Assembly (NCBI GenBank): GCA_964016885.1
Contig: OZ024743.1
Coordinates: 267,530,001-267,594,000 of the forward strand
Length of the DNA: 64,000 nucleotides
Source: Eledone cirrhosa
Lineage: Eukaryota
Direction: 5' to 3'
Of this stretch, positions 16,516 through 31,799 are shown piece after piece; position 1 is the first letter of the stretch, and each line of letters starts with the position of its first letter. A program made the translations under genes and the position numbers. A model generated the notes under the pieces. That model was not told the origin of the DNA, ran no database searches, and saw nothing but the letters and a program-made list of their open reading frames with translations.

Positions 16516-18045
16516 ATTTTATTATTATTAATATTTCATGGTTATGTTGATGATGATTGTGATGCCGACGACGATAATGCTGAAGATTATGATGATGACG
16601 ATGAGAATGATAATTATTATGACGATGATGTTAATGATAATTGTTGTTGATGATTATGTTGATGGTGTGAAGAAATAAAAACACAAAACTTGGCCCCTGC
16701 AAAAACGACGCCCCTGCAAGGTTGAGACAAATGCGATTCGATAGCACTATAATTCTTGCACATCTCACATAATGCACAACATTCCTCCCCCTCCTCCTTC
16801 TCCTCCTCCACTTCACCTCCTCCTTCTCTTCCTTCTTCTACACCTCCTCATCCTCCTCCTCCTCCTCTTCTTCTTCTTCTTCTTCTTCTTCTTCTTCTTC
16901 TTCTTCTTCTTCTTCTTCTTCTTCTTCTTCTTCTTCACCCACTTATTCCTGAAAGGGTGGTGGGGGATGAATATTCAAGCACACCTTCAGGCGAGTCCTG
17001 TCAGAAACAAACCTTCTGCAATTGATCGGCTAGATCCAGCCGAGCTCATGGATGTTATCCAATCATATAGATCAGGGTTTACTCCAAGGTCTCCTACTGG
17101 TTGGAGTTGCCCGTATAATTTGTCCAGCGATTCTTTCCCTTTACATCGCATATTCTCAACAGTCACTACTCAAGCACAATATCACAAATTGTATATACTC
17201 ACATATCCAACACCGAATGTTATAACGCATTTCCTTCGCGCTACCAACTCGTATAGTTTACATTGTACACGACCGCAATCCAATACAGAATGACTTAAAC
17301 ACAGCTCATATTCCACAGCAGCAGCGCACAGCACCTCCCCACCACCCAAGAAGAAGAAGAAGAAGAAGAAGAAGAAGAAGAAGAAGAAGAAGAAGAAGAA
17401 GAAGAAGAAGAAGAAGAAGAAGAAGACTTGAAATGTGAAGGATAATATGCTGATCACTGAGATATAAACAATATTATCCATGCCAGTATTATTTTTTGTT
17501 TCGATTGTTGTTGCTGCTGTACCTCTGTCGATTCCGATGACAAGTGTCACGGTTAATTCACGTTCTTCAGAGGCTTCAGCGTATCAAAGCGATGGTTAAG
17601 GCTGGCCTTTTCAATTTACAGGTACAACTCATTTTTGCCAACTAACTACACTATCATACTTAAGGACAAACCACATCGACATCAAGGATTCGTGTATGTA
17701 AACTGAACACACTAAACACTATGTTTAGTGCTTTTAATCATTTTGATGATATTGCAATGAAAGAAAAACGCCTTCAAAATACTTTTATTGATGAAGGGGA
17801 AATCATTTGAAAATGATCGTATCTCTCTCGTGAAACCGGATTTAGAGATATAAAGCGTAAGTCAAGTGGAATTACTCAAGCTTAAATTGAAACTGAAACG
17901 TATCGCCTGTAGTTCTCAACATAAAACTCCTCACACTAATCCAAATCACACATGCACATACATATGTATACATAGATATAACATAAGAAATATAAATAGG
18001 CACATAAATATATTGAAATATACATGTATGTCTATATGAATATAG

Positions 18046-18144
<99 letters not shown>

Positions 18145-18202
18145 GTATAATATATATATACGTATAATATATATATATATATATATATACGTATAATATG
18201 TG

Positions 18203-18263
<61 letters not shown>

Positions 18264-18289
18264 ATGTACGTAAAATTTGTACGTATATG

Positions 18290-18379
<90 letters not shown>

Positions 18380-18456
18380 TATATAATATACATATATATG
18401 TGTGTGTGTGTGTATTTATATGTACATATATATATGTGTGTATGTGTGTACATGTG

Positions 18457-18492
<36 letters not shown>

Positions 18493-18929
18493 CAAATATG
18501 CGTATGGTAGGGTGTGCATATGTGACTGTGTGTACATATACGTGTGTGTATTCATGTATGCATGTAAATATATGAGTGTGGATGTGTATTTGTGTGCACA
18601 TACAGGCCTGCACGTACATTTGCATATATACATATATGTGCATATGTATATGATAGCGTGGCTGTGCGTTTTTTTCTGTGTGGGTGTATGTGTGTGTATT
18701 TGTCTGTGTGCGTATGTATATATGTGAGTCTGAGTGTGTTTGTGCATGGGATACGTGATATGAGCGTGAGCCGTTGCATTCACATATGCATGCATACCGA
18801 CAAGATGCACGAAACTGCACGACACTTTAGAACACACAGACATTCGTTTTGTATTCAATATCGTTATTCTTTCAACAGACTGCGTCCATAATTCATTTCC
18901 ATATATATATATGTGTGTGTGTATGTATA

Positions 18930-18969
<40 letters not shown>

Positions 18970-18972
18970 CAA

Positions 18973-19030
<58 letters not shown>

Positions 19031-19229
19031 TGATATATATGTATGTATATGTATATATAAATATACATATATATATATATTTATATATATATGTATATTT
19101 ATATATATATTTATATATGTATATACATACATATATATATACATATACATACATATATATCAATACACGTACATACATATATATATATTTATATATATAT
19201 ATATATAATATATATATTATATATATATA

Positions 19230-19324
<95 letters not shown>

Positions 19325-21624
19325 CGTGTGTGGGTGTGTGTCTATATATATGAACATACACACGCACATATATATAGAGAGATATACATATTGTATACAA
19401 ACATTTATACGTACATTCATGCATACATACATACCGCCACCATCATGCACACACCTTCCTCTATTCTCTCATAGTCTTTATTTATTTTCCTTCTCTATTT
19501 CTATATACTTTTTATCATTTTATATTCTCTTTTATTTTTTGTTTGTTTGCTTGTTTGTTTTTAATCTTCGCTACATGTTTTTTTATGCCTTTTATTTTCT
19601 TTCTGATTTCGTTTCTGTCAGACATTTTTATTATTATCATTATTATTTTTTGCTCTATTGTTTCTTTCTCTTGTTCTAGTTGTGTCGTTGAATAGCTGTG
19701 AAAGCCAAACGATATTGGTTGTTACGGCACAGATGTGAGTGACACTTTGTCTGAAGAGGAATAATTTGGGGTTCTGAGAATAATAATAATTAAAGAATAA
19801 GCATCGCTACCAAAATGAGATGCCTTTCGTTTTGGCAGTATACAGAAAACACGACATGTTCGTGCGTGTGCGTATGCTTATGGATATGCGTGTGTATGTT
19901 CGAGTGTTTGTGTGTCTGTCTATGTGGTGCTGACGAGAGGGTGGACGTTCCAAAAGTAATAAATAAATAAATAATTTCAGGCCTTATGGAAAAAAGAAAA
20001 ATATAAAATGACAATACAATAAAATAATAATGGAGAGACGAATGAAGGAAAAGATGACGAAAAATAAATCGAAAATATGATGAAGATTATATGGAGAAAA
20101 AACGAAGAACATCCATGAGAAATAGATATAATAAACGTATAGAAGGAGAATGATAAAACAAAATAAACAGGTGGTGAGGAAGGAGAAATACACTGGATAT
20201 AACAAAAGAAAGTGTAACGGAGAATGATATAGAAACTAGAGATATAGAGAAAGAACATGGATAAAGAAGAAATGAAAGAGAGAAACAATGAAAGAAAATG
20301 GTGTAGAAAATATAGTGATATAGAGAAGACGAGGGAGTACAAAATGTAAAGAATCCAACATAGAAGGCTGACTGGACAAACGTAGTTATTTTGATGGCAA
20401 ATCGTGATCAAGGTCATGATGGAAACATTGTAAATAAACGAATCAACCGATCAAATCAAAGATAAATGAAAGAAAGTTAGACAACATGTAGACGGAAATT
20501 TATATATACCGAAACAAACTTGCAATGAAGGAAAAGGACATAGACATACAAAAGACAAAAGAAAAGAAAACAATGCCAATCTGAAACCAAGAATAATTTA
20601 CTAAAGTTATAACGAAAAGAAATAATTACACTATGTAATAAAGGCAGGTCAAATGCACTGAAATGATAAAAAGAAAACATAGTCGAAATAGAAATAAAAG
20701 AAAGAATGATATTCATCGAGAAGGAAACAAAAGAAAGTGGATGATGAGAAGAAAACGAGTTGTAGACGAAATGAAAAAGAAAACTATGAAAAATTCGAAT
20801 ATGACTCAAGTTGGTAAGTAGAGAAAATAGAAAATAAATTAAATATATATGTGCAAATGGTTAAAAAAAAGGGGATAATATTAAGAAAAAAGAAAAATGT
20901 AAGATCAGAATAATCAAATACAGATTCAAGTTGTGTAAGAGAGGTAAGGAAAAATAATGGAAGAAGGAAAAAAGTCAAAGAATGAATTGACCAGTGGACC
21001 AGTGAAAGAATATATATAGCAAGCAGTCTTTCTCCGCTTTATTGACACGCAAAATAGATATAATCATATTGAGTATGTTTTAGATGAATTGCTTTAAAAA
21101 GATTCGGACCGTCTTCAATGTGTCAGTGATTGTTGATTCAATCAAAATCTTTGTATCCGAGCCATATAAAATATAGTTTAAAAGGAACATTATTAAGACA
21201 CGTATAAACAAACAACATGACGTTTCATTGTTCGAAGTTCGGTAAAAGAAGGAACCAGTTACGTACTAATGTGGATTAAATCGATTCTTCCATCAACCAA
21301 AATTGTTGAACGCGAGCCTACAGTAAAACCATTAATTTCATCATAAAGTATTAGAAATATTTACAGTATTCATGACTATTGCCTGTGTCCAGAATTAAAA
21401 TCTCGGCAAATACTAACTTTTCATCTTTCCAATATGCGTGATCAAAAATCTTCCAGTTAGGTACAGGTTCGATACCGCTGAGTCTCTTACTCAGTAACAT
21501 TCGTTAAGAGACCACGTACAGCGAACCTTTTCCAGAAATTCAGAGAGAATGAGCCTAGGAACTCCAAACATACAAACATACACGCACACACAAACACATA
21601 TAAGCAGACAACACACACACACTT

Positions 21625-21831
<207 letters not shown>

Positions 21832-21855
21832 AATATATATATATATATATATATG

Positions 21856-21932
<77 letters not shown>

Positions 21933-22527
21933 GTATATGTTATATATATACGTACATCTCACAGTAAAATCATAATGACAGGGGCCCGATTCTTTCTCGG
22001 CATCTCATCAGATATGCGAGTTTATATGTGCAAAAACACATTCGAATGGTTGGAATTCAAAGGATCTCTTTATATAGAATTAATAATTGGTGTATGGGAG
22101 GAAAGAATGTTAGATACACAGATAAATATATACCTACATTTAAAAACAAGAAAATATATGAACGTAAATATATGGACGAAACAGAAGATAAAAGTAATAG
22201 AAGGGAAAACATGGAAAATAAGAAGATAACAAATACAGAAAAATAATGAAAATATGAAAATGAATAATATGAAGAATAATACTAAGTAACGACCACTGCT
22301 ACCACTACATCGATAGCAACAGGAACAGCAGGAACAACAGCTGTGACTACCCAGTCGTAGATGGAGTACACCCATCATTAGACAACACTATGCATTAAGC
22401 AACCTCTTTGGAAAACTCTCTTCGCGTATTGTTTTGTTATAACATTTTATCGTTTTGCTATTTTCAGAATATTATTATTATTTCGTTATTAATATTACTA
22501 CTACCACTACTACTACTACTACTACTG

Positions 22528-22590
<63 letters not shown>

Positions 22591-22689
22591 TTTTATGGCT
22601 ATCATCCTTATTATTATCTCTGATCTTGTCTCCCATGTCCTGAATTATTTCGTGGTATTATTTCGGGTTTTATTATTTCATATTTCATG

Positions 22690-22808
22690 CTGAGTTCAAA
22701 TCCCGTCGTGGTTAACTTTGCCTTTCATCCTTACGGGGTCGATGAAATAAAGTACCAGTCATGTACTGGGTAATTGCTGGCCTTGTACCAATAGTAGAAA
22801 CAATTATT
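22690..22808 (+). mobile_element. SINE S1 fragment
   Basis: B-box-like gagttcaaatcc plus S1 core and tail. Confidence 0.8.
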
Positions 22809-23510
22809 TCATATTTCATGCTTTATTATTACTTGTCTTAATATTTATGTTTGTTATTTATGTTTTGTTGATTTACTACTTTGATGCTACGGTTTTATGG
22901 ACTGATCCAAGGCATTAAAACTGTATGCACCTCTGGTAAAGTCTAACGGATACACTAATGTATCTGAAACCAGTACTTTAAACGACACGCTCAAGCGGAT
23001 ACCAAAATGAGACTAACGGAAACCTCGCTCACGTTACTATCAATAGTACTACCACCACTACTGCAACTCTTGCGACACAGCACTCGCCGTCTAAGTATCC
23101 CCGGATGGTGTTAGTTCACCCTCTAGTGTAACTGACCTGCCGGAGACTAAAAGGGTTGCACCGAGCCTGATGTTCTGGTTGATATTGGCATTATTGTTGG
23201 TGGATGTGATGATGATTTATCCACGCGTGGGCAGGCGGCCGACATATTTATTGACATATATTGATGGGAGTCCTTTAACAGTAGCTGATGCTGGGCTGAC
23301 TAGTGTGGGGTGTTGCTGTTGTTGTTGTTATCGACATTGACATTGTCATACCCACACTGTCTACCGTCACAACCACACACACAATTCCCCGTGGTCGTTA
23401 TGGGATATATAACTAGAATTAAAGCCCCTGCTTATGTTGTAGCTGCCGCAGTTGGTGTTATTGTTATTGCTGTCTATGTAGCATTAGCAATCTGCATTAT
23501 TTTGTTGTTG

Positions 23511-23880
23511 ACTTTGTCTTTCATCCTTACGGGGTCGTTGGATTGGCAGTATCGGTAGAGATTCGGAACCATGCTTTCCAGCATAGTTACGTCCCTTTAC
23601 GGTCTGAGTTCAAACTTTGCCTTTCATCCTTACGGGGTCGATAAATTAAAGTACCAGTAATGTACTGGTTAATTGATGGCCTTGCGCCAAAGGTAGACAC
23701 AATTATTTTGTTAGGGTTCGGACGCCATGCTTTGACGCATAGAGTTACGGCCCTTGCTCTTCTGAGTTCAAATCCCGCCGAGGTTAAATTTGCCTTTCAT
23801 CCTTACCGGGTCGATAAAATAAAGTACCAGTAATGCACTGTGCATTTTCTGGCCTTGTGCCAAAAGTAGAAACAATTATT
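23511..23880 (+). mobile_element. Tandem cluster of about 3 SINE S1 copies
   Basis: Core tttcatccttacggggtcg recurs at about 23520, 23621 and 23795; A-box-like tggcagtatcggtagag. Confidence 0.8.
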
Positions 23881-24023
23881 TTGTGTTATACTTCATATTT
23901 TTTTTCATTTTTGGATGTTTTTATTATTATATTTTATTTTTATTTTCTTATCTTCCATGTTTTCCCTCCTGCCCATTTTAGCTTATATCTTCGTCCTCAT
24001 ATATATAAATATATATATATGTA

Positions 24024-24064
<41 letters not shown>

Positions 24065-24068
<4 letters not shown>

Positions 24069-24358
24069 GAGAGAAACACAATCACGAGGACAATTCCCGC
24101 TCATCAGCTGTCTCCTGTGGATCACCGATGTTTCGAACGCGTTAAAGACAATACTTCTCTCTCACCGCAGTGCATTGATAATTGAAATAGATAGCTATCT
24201 TCGTTATCGTCTGTTGTGTCCCTTCCCGGATAACTATATATTTCAGCTATCAGCATTCTGCGGTGAGAAGTACTGTCTTTAATGCGTTCGAAACATCGGT
24301 GGTCCACTTAAGACAGCCGATGAGCGGGATTGTCAATATGTTGGTAATTCTCTCACGT
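24065..24358. repeat. Diverged fold-back element adjacent to (TA)n
   Basis: About 24086-24190 is an imperfect reverse complement of about 24235-24335; outer gtgagaga/tctctcac also pair. Confidence 0.7.
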
Positions 24359-24365
24359 TATCTAA

Positions 24366-24553
24366 ATAATTGTTTCTATTTTTGGCACAAGGCCAGCAAT
24401 TAACCAGTACATTACTGGTACTTTATTTTATCGACCCCGTAAGAATTAAAGGCAAAGTTTACCTCGACGGGATTTGAACTACGACCGTAAATGGACGTAA
24501 CTATGGTGGAAAGCACGGCGTCCGACCCTCTACCGATACTGCCAACTCACCCC
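24366..24553 (-). mobile_element. SINE S1, near full length
   Basis: Reverse complement of S1 including head tggcagtatcggtagag and B box gttcaaatcc. Confidence 0.85.
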
Positions 24554-24573
24554 ACACAGTGCCCTTCTGACCT

Positions 24574-24608
<35 letters not shown>

Positions 24609-24631
24609 ATATATATATATGTATATATGTA

Positions 24632-25755
<1,124 letters not shown>

Positions 25756-25769
25756 TTATATATATATAT

Positions 25770-26087
25770 ATCCCGAATTAAGCCGTACAGTGTTTAGCAA
25801 CCATCGTTGCCCGTTTGTTCAATGCTGACAAAGGAACGATGTACTGGTTTCAAGCTTATTAGCTATCGTCAGCACCGTATAACTTCCTGCCAGATGATTG
25901 AACGTCTGAATGTATATACTTTCCTTATGCATATTAACTTGCATATGGAGTGAGTTAATCGGCCAGGCGCACAGAAATCGATAAATCGAAAAAATAAAAC
26001 GAAATTTCATTTCTCACTCTTATCTTTGTCAGTCTTGAACAAAAGGGCAACGACGGTTGCTAAACACTGTACGGCTTAATTCGGGAT
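25770..26087. mobile_element. Element with about 62-bp terminal inverted repeats next to (TA)n (MITE-like or PLE fold-back)
   Basis: tcccgaattaagccgtacagtgtttagcaacc...tgacaaag versus ctttgtcag...ggttgctaaacactgtacggcttaattcggga. Confidence 0.6.
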
Positions 26088-26294
26088 GTTTATTTACAAA
26101 CAAACCGTGCATTATAATAAATGCTCGGCAAATCCATACGTAATATATATATGTGTGCATGTATGTATATATATATATATATACATACAACTGTACGTCT
26201 GTATACATATATGTATGTACGTATACATACTTATATTTAAGTAACAGCCGTACTAAGTGTGAGAAATGTAATTTTGTTTCATTTTTTACGTTTA

Positions 26295-26346
<52 letters not shown>

Positions 26347-26370
26347 ATATATATATATATACACACGTGT

Positions 26371-26970
26371 ATGTCAGGTCACCAGTTGGTGCTACTGGTA
26401 ATATGTATCCCAGTACAACCTGTCTCATGGTCGGGTCGTTGGCGACTAAACTGGCAACCCCACCAAGGTTTCTTGGTGAGGAGGGGTGACTTTGGACATC
26501 CTGCAGGACTAAAAACAAAACCTGTCAAAAGGCAAAGGAGCTCTTAAGAGTCAATGGCCAATTAAAAATCACCGGGAGAGATATCCCCTTAGCCTTTGTC
26601 AAGGGAGAATTCTAGGAGGAGGAAAACTCTGATATAACACCTGCAATTCTGATGGTATCCAATGATGTTGACTTGTTCTTCTTTTTGGTAAATATCATCT
26701 TGGTTCAGAGAGTGGGACTGGCTTTGTGCAGTGCCTCTGCTCACTATAAAAGCTTCACGGCACAGTCATTGCTTTATATCTGGAGATCTCTCTGCACTTG
26801 TAGTCACATGGTACCAAGGTCCCAGCACTTTGTGTCAATAATTGTCACAAGTGTAGTGTTTGTACCAGAGTTTTCAGGTCGCTGGCTGGACTAAACAGTC
26901 ACACTCGTTCAGCGCATCGGTAGGAGTTCTCCTACATGGATATAAAGTAGTGGCCGTACTCGAAAACGAG
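26371..26970 (+). mobile_element. Non-autonomous, internally deleted RTE-like element
   Basis: 3' part encodes a decayed C2H2 finger ([21 protein letters not shown]) and ends ggccgtactcgaaaacgag, like the RTE 3' end at 27171-27210. 5' part recurs at 50167-50346, 3' part at 51806-52040. Confidence 0.65.
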
Positions 26971-27095
26971 TATATATAAATATATTTATATATAAATAAA
27001 CGTACATATTTATATACATATGTATATGTAATGATTTCCACTATAGGTACACGGCCAGCAATTTGGGGTTGGTCGTAGTGGAGTCGATAAATCGA

Positions 27096-27146
<51 letters not shown>

Positions 27147-27324
27147 GAGATATATACATACATACATACATGATGATGGCTGCCCCCTCGTTATCGAGTA
27201 TGGCCATTACACGAGGAGAAAGAAAATAAAAAATAAAAAAATAATAATAATAAAAAAAAAATAATTAAAAAAAAGAAATAAAAAAAAAGAAATATATATA
27301 AATATATATATACATATACATACA

Positions 27325-27355
<31 letters not shown>

Positions 27356-27523
27356 TCACACACATATACACACACACATACATTAATAACAATAATAATA
27401 ATAATAATCATAACAACAATAATAATAACGAGAACAACAATAATAATATACATATACATATATATATACACACACACGCACACATATAAGCATATCTACA
27501 CACACACACACACACGATAGCAA

Positions 27524-28460
27524 CTAACAGCGCTGCGATCGAATGTGGCTTTTTAGCCCACCCAATGATCTAAAATGTCTTGCACAGAGTCGGCAACCAA
27601 AACATTCACTGGGAATAGTCGGCTGTGGTTGGAGTTCGTGTACTTTTGCATGTCGCTTGAGCCCTCCTGCTGATTTACATTCTCTACCACATGTTTGGCA
27701 AGCATGATGAGTAGCATCTTCAACAGCAGCCTGGTAGTCAACCACTGGTCTTACTTTATGACTGCGAAGATGACTTTCGAGTCCAGCTTTGCTTAGGCAG
27801 AGTCTCGTACATACGCTGCATGTCAGCACCATAGGAGGACCCTCGCCGTCTGGAAGTGCAACAGCAATGCCCTTCCTCACGTCCTGCTTTACTTTCTCGT
27901 ATGCGATTCGAGATGCCTCAAAGGCAACTTTTCCCTCATATACAGTCTTTCTCCATTTATTACGATCAGCAGCAATATTCTCCCATGTATCAGCAGAGAT
28001 GTTAGCGTCTTTCAGAGAGGCTTTCAAGGAATACCTCTTTTTTGGTTTATGTGGCGGTCGTTTTCCTTTAACCAACTCTCCATAAAAGAGTTGTTTTGGT
28101 ATTCTAGAATCCTTCATCCTGGCAAGGTGACCACTCCAACGGAGTCGTTGCTTAAGCACAAGAGCTTCTATACTGTCACACATAGAGCTTTCCAAAATCT
28201 CGACATCACTGATGTGGTCCCTCCAGTGAACGCCATGGATCCGTCTGAGACACATCTGATGGAAACGCTCCAATTACTTAAGGTGGTCTCGATATGTGAC
28301 CCAGGTCTCGCAGGCATAAAGAAGACAAGAGAGCACACATGCCCTGTACACCTTTACCTTTGTCCACCTGCATATCTCTCGCCGACCCCAGAGTCGCCTT
28401 TCTAGCTTTCCGAAAGCATCACTTGCTTTCCTAATCCTAAGTGAGACTTCCTGTCAAGGT
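27524..28460 (-). pseudogene. RTE ORF C-terminal region with three C2H2-like zinc fingers
   Basis: LERFHQMCLRRI.GVHWRDHISDVEIL, QRLRWSGHLARMKDSRIPKQLFYGEL, then CxxC...GL.SH motifs three times. Confidence 0.9.
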
Positions 28461-28501
28461 TGCTGTATCGATTGACAGTGCTTCCCAGGTAGACAAACTG
28501 A

Positions 28502-29105
28502 TCAACCACCCACTCCAAGTCGTTTGCCATACACATAGATGCTTGGTTCAGTGTACTGCTTACCAGGGGCAGGTTGGTACATGACGACGGTTTTCTTGAG
28601 ACTGACAGTCAGACCTAGGGCAGTGAAAGCGTCAGAAAATGTATTCAAAATGTGCTGCATATCACTCTCTGTGTGCGCTACAAGATCGCAATCATCTGCA
28701 TACAAGAGGTCTCTTATGATTGATGTAAATACTTTTGTCTTCGCAGCAAAGCGCCTAGTGTTAAATATGCTGCCTGAGGTTCGATATCGGATGTAAACAC
28801 CATGCTCGCAATTCCTGAATGCAATACAGAAAACCATTGCAAAGTATATGGCAAACAGGGTCGGTGCTGGAATATCTCCCTGTTTCACTCCATTTTTTAC
28901 TGAGATAGGCTCCGACATGTTACCCCCGACATTAACCCAAGCCATCATGTTGTCATGGAAAGACCTAACTAAAGCAAGAAACTTATCAGGACAACCAAGT
29001 TCCCGGAGAACCTTCCATAATGCATCTCTGTTAACAGTATCGAAAGCTTTTGTCAGATCGACAAAAACCGGATACAGATCCAAGCCTTGTTCCATGCACT
29101 TCTCC
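28502..29105 (-). pseudogene. RTE reverse transcriptase core, frameshifted from the downstream part
   Basis: [64 protein letters not shown]. Confidence 0.95.
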
Positions 29106-29106
29106 T

Positions 29107-29229
<123 letters not shown>

Positions 29230-29236
29230 TTTATAC

Positions 29237-29353
<117 letters not shown>

Positions 29354-29366
29354 CATATATACATAT

Positions 29367-29423
<57 letters not shown>

Positions 29424-29438
29424 CATATATACATATAT

Positions 29439-29523
<85 letters not shown>

Positions 29524-29813
29524 CAAATAACGAAACGAAATTAAATTTCGTTTCGTTTGTAACTCACTTTTGTATGACTGACGCTTAAACAATTAAGTTA
29601 AAAAAATGTACATCCACATATGTATACTGAAATACTAGTATGCATATGAATACACACACGTATACATATGTAGATGTACCGAGTTTTTCACTGGTCACTT
29701 TACTGTGAGTGTCCAGCTATTCTGTATGTAAACACACAGACAAACCGGTTTTTAGAGTCATACTGGTTTTTGAGGAAACACCTTTCCTCTATTCTCCAGA
29801 AAGCCAGACAAGG

Positions 29814-29858
29814 AATATTGAACTAGTTTCGATGTTGTTACATCTCATCAGCAATATT
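29814..29858 (-). ncRNA. Minimal type I hammerhead ribozyme (also at 30282, 30750, 31218)
   Basis: Reverse complement of aatattg-CTGATGA-gatg taacaa catc-GAAAC-ta-GTT-caatatt. Confidence 0.85.
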
Positions 29859-31754
29859 TACCTATCTTCCGGCCTCTCTAGAGAATCGTAAAAGCACATA
29901 TCGTTATATGCTTTTTCTATGAAAATTAGTAGTGGGCAGACTAATTTGCATAGAGCGTGAGTACGTACCGGTTCAACGGAGACGATAAAAACAAATAACG
30001 AAACGAAATTAAATTTCGTTTCGTTTGTAACTCACTTTTGTATGACTGACGCTTAAACAATTAAGTTAAAAAAATGTACATCCACATATGTATACTGAAA
30101 TACTAGTATGCATATGAATACACACACGTATACATATGTAGATGTACCGAGTTTTTCACTGGTCACTTTACTGTGAGTGTCCAGCTATTCTGTATGTAAA
30201 CACACAGACAAACCGGTTTTTAGAGTCATACTGGTTTTTGAGGAAACACCTTTCCTCTATTCTCCAGAAAGCCAGACAAGGAATATTGAACTAGTTTCGA
30301 TGTTGTTACATCTCATCAGCAATATTTACCTATCTTCCGGCCTCTCTAGAGAATCGTAAAAGCACATATCGTTATATGCTTTTTCTATGAAAATTAGTAG
30401 TGGGCAGACTAATTTGCATAGAGCGTGAGTACGTACCGGTTCAACGGAGACGATAAAAACAAATAACGAAACGAAATTAAATTTCGTTTCGTTTGTAACT
30501 CACTTTTGTATGACTGACGCTTAAACAATTAAGTTAAAAAAATGTACATCCACATATGTATACTGAAATACTAGTATGCATATGAATACACACACGTATA
30601 CATATGTAGATGTACCGAGTTTTTCACTGGTCACTTTACTGTGAGTGTCCAGCTATTCTGTATGTAAACACACAGACAAACCGGTTTTTAGAGTCATACT
30701 GGTTTTTGAGGAAACACCTTTCCTCTATTCTCCAGAAAGCCAGACAAGGAATATTGAACTAGTTTCGATGTTGTTACATCTCATCAGCAATATTTACCTA
30801 TCTTCCGGCCTCTCTAGAGAATCGTAAAAGCACATATCGTTATATGCTTTTTCTATGAAAATTAGTAGTGGGCAGACTAATTTGCATAGAGCGTGAGTAC
30901 GTACCGGTTCAACGGAGACGATAAAAACAAATAACGAAACGAAATTAAATTTCGTTTCGTTTGTAACTCACTTTTGTATGACTGACGCTTAAACAATTAA
31001 GTTAAAAAAATGTACATCCACATATGTATACTGAAATACTAGTATGCATATGAATACACACACGTATACATATGTAGATGTACCGAGTTTTTCACTGGTC
31101 ACTTTACTGTGAGTGTCCAGCTATTCTGTATGTAAACACACAGACAAACCGGTTTTTAGAGTCATACTGGTTTTTGAGGAAACACCTTTCCTCTATTCTC
31201 CAGAAAGCCAGACAAGGAATATTGAACTAGTTTCGATGTTGTTACATCTCATCAGCAATATTTACCTATCTTCCGGCCTCTCTAGAGAATCGTAAAAGCA
31301 CATATCGTTATATGCTTTTTCTATGAAAATTAGTAGTGGGCAGACTAATTTGCATAGAGCGTGAGTACGTACCGGTTCAACGGAGACGATAAAAACAAAT
31401 AACGAAACGAAATTAAATTTCGTTTCGTTTGTAAAAAACTCGGTTTTTACCAGTGAAAAACTCGGTACATCTACATATGTATACGTGTGTGTATTCATAT
31501 GCATACTAGTATTTCAGTATACATATGTGGATGTACATTTTTTTTAACTTAATTGTTTAAGCGTCAGTCATACAAAAGTGAGTTACAAACGAAACGAAAT
31601 TTAATTTCGTTTCGTTATTTGTTTTTATCGTCTCCGTTGAACCGGTACGTACTCACGCTCTATGCAAATTAGTCTGCCCACTACTAATTTTCATAGAAAA
31701 AGCATATAACGATATGTGCTTTTACGATTCTCTAGAGAGGCCGGAAGATAGGTA

Positions 31755-31799
31755 AATATTGCTGATGAGATGTAACAACATCGAAACTAGTTCAATATT
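31755..31799 (+). ncRNA. Minimal type I hammerhead ribozyme (also at 32223, 32691, 33159, 33627, 34095, 34562, 35030, 35498)
   Basis: 7-bp stem I aatattg/caatatt, canonical CUGAUGA and GAAA boxes, 4-bp stem II, palindromic aactagtt stem III, GUU triplet. Confidence 0.85.

Larger units (their letters stand above)
27171..29105 (-). mobile_element. RTE-clade (BovB-like) LINE, 5'-truncated at a (TA)n tract, 3' UTR split by microsatellites
   Basis: RT and C-terminal ORFs (next features); 3' end on the minus strand atggccatactcgataacgagggggcagccatcatcat. Confidence 0.93.

Noticed and set aside
17872-19068. 398-aa ORF and all similar [12 protein letters not shown] and poly-K/L/F ORFs
   Set aside because: Translations of microsatellites that lack stop codons.
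29709-29891. 60-aa ORF repeated in the 468-bp units
   Set aside because: GTG start, antisense to the ribozyme, no recognisable domain; repetition only reflects the array.
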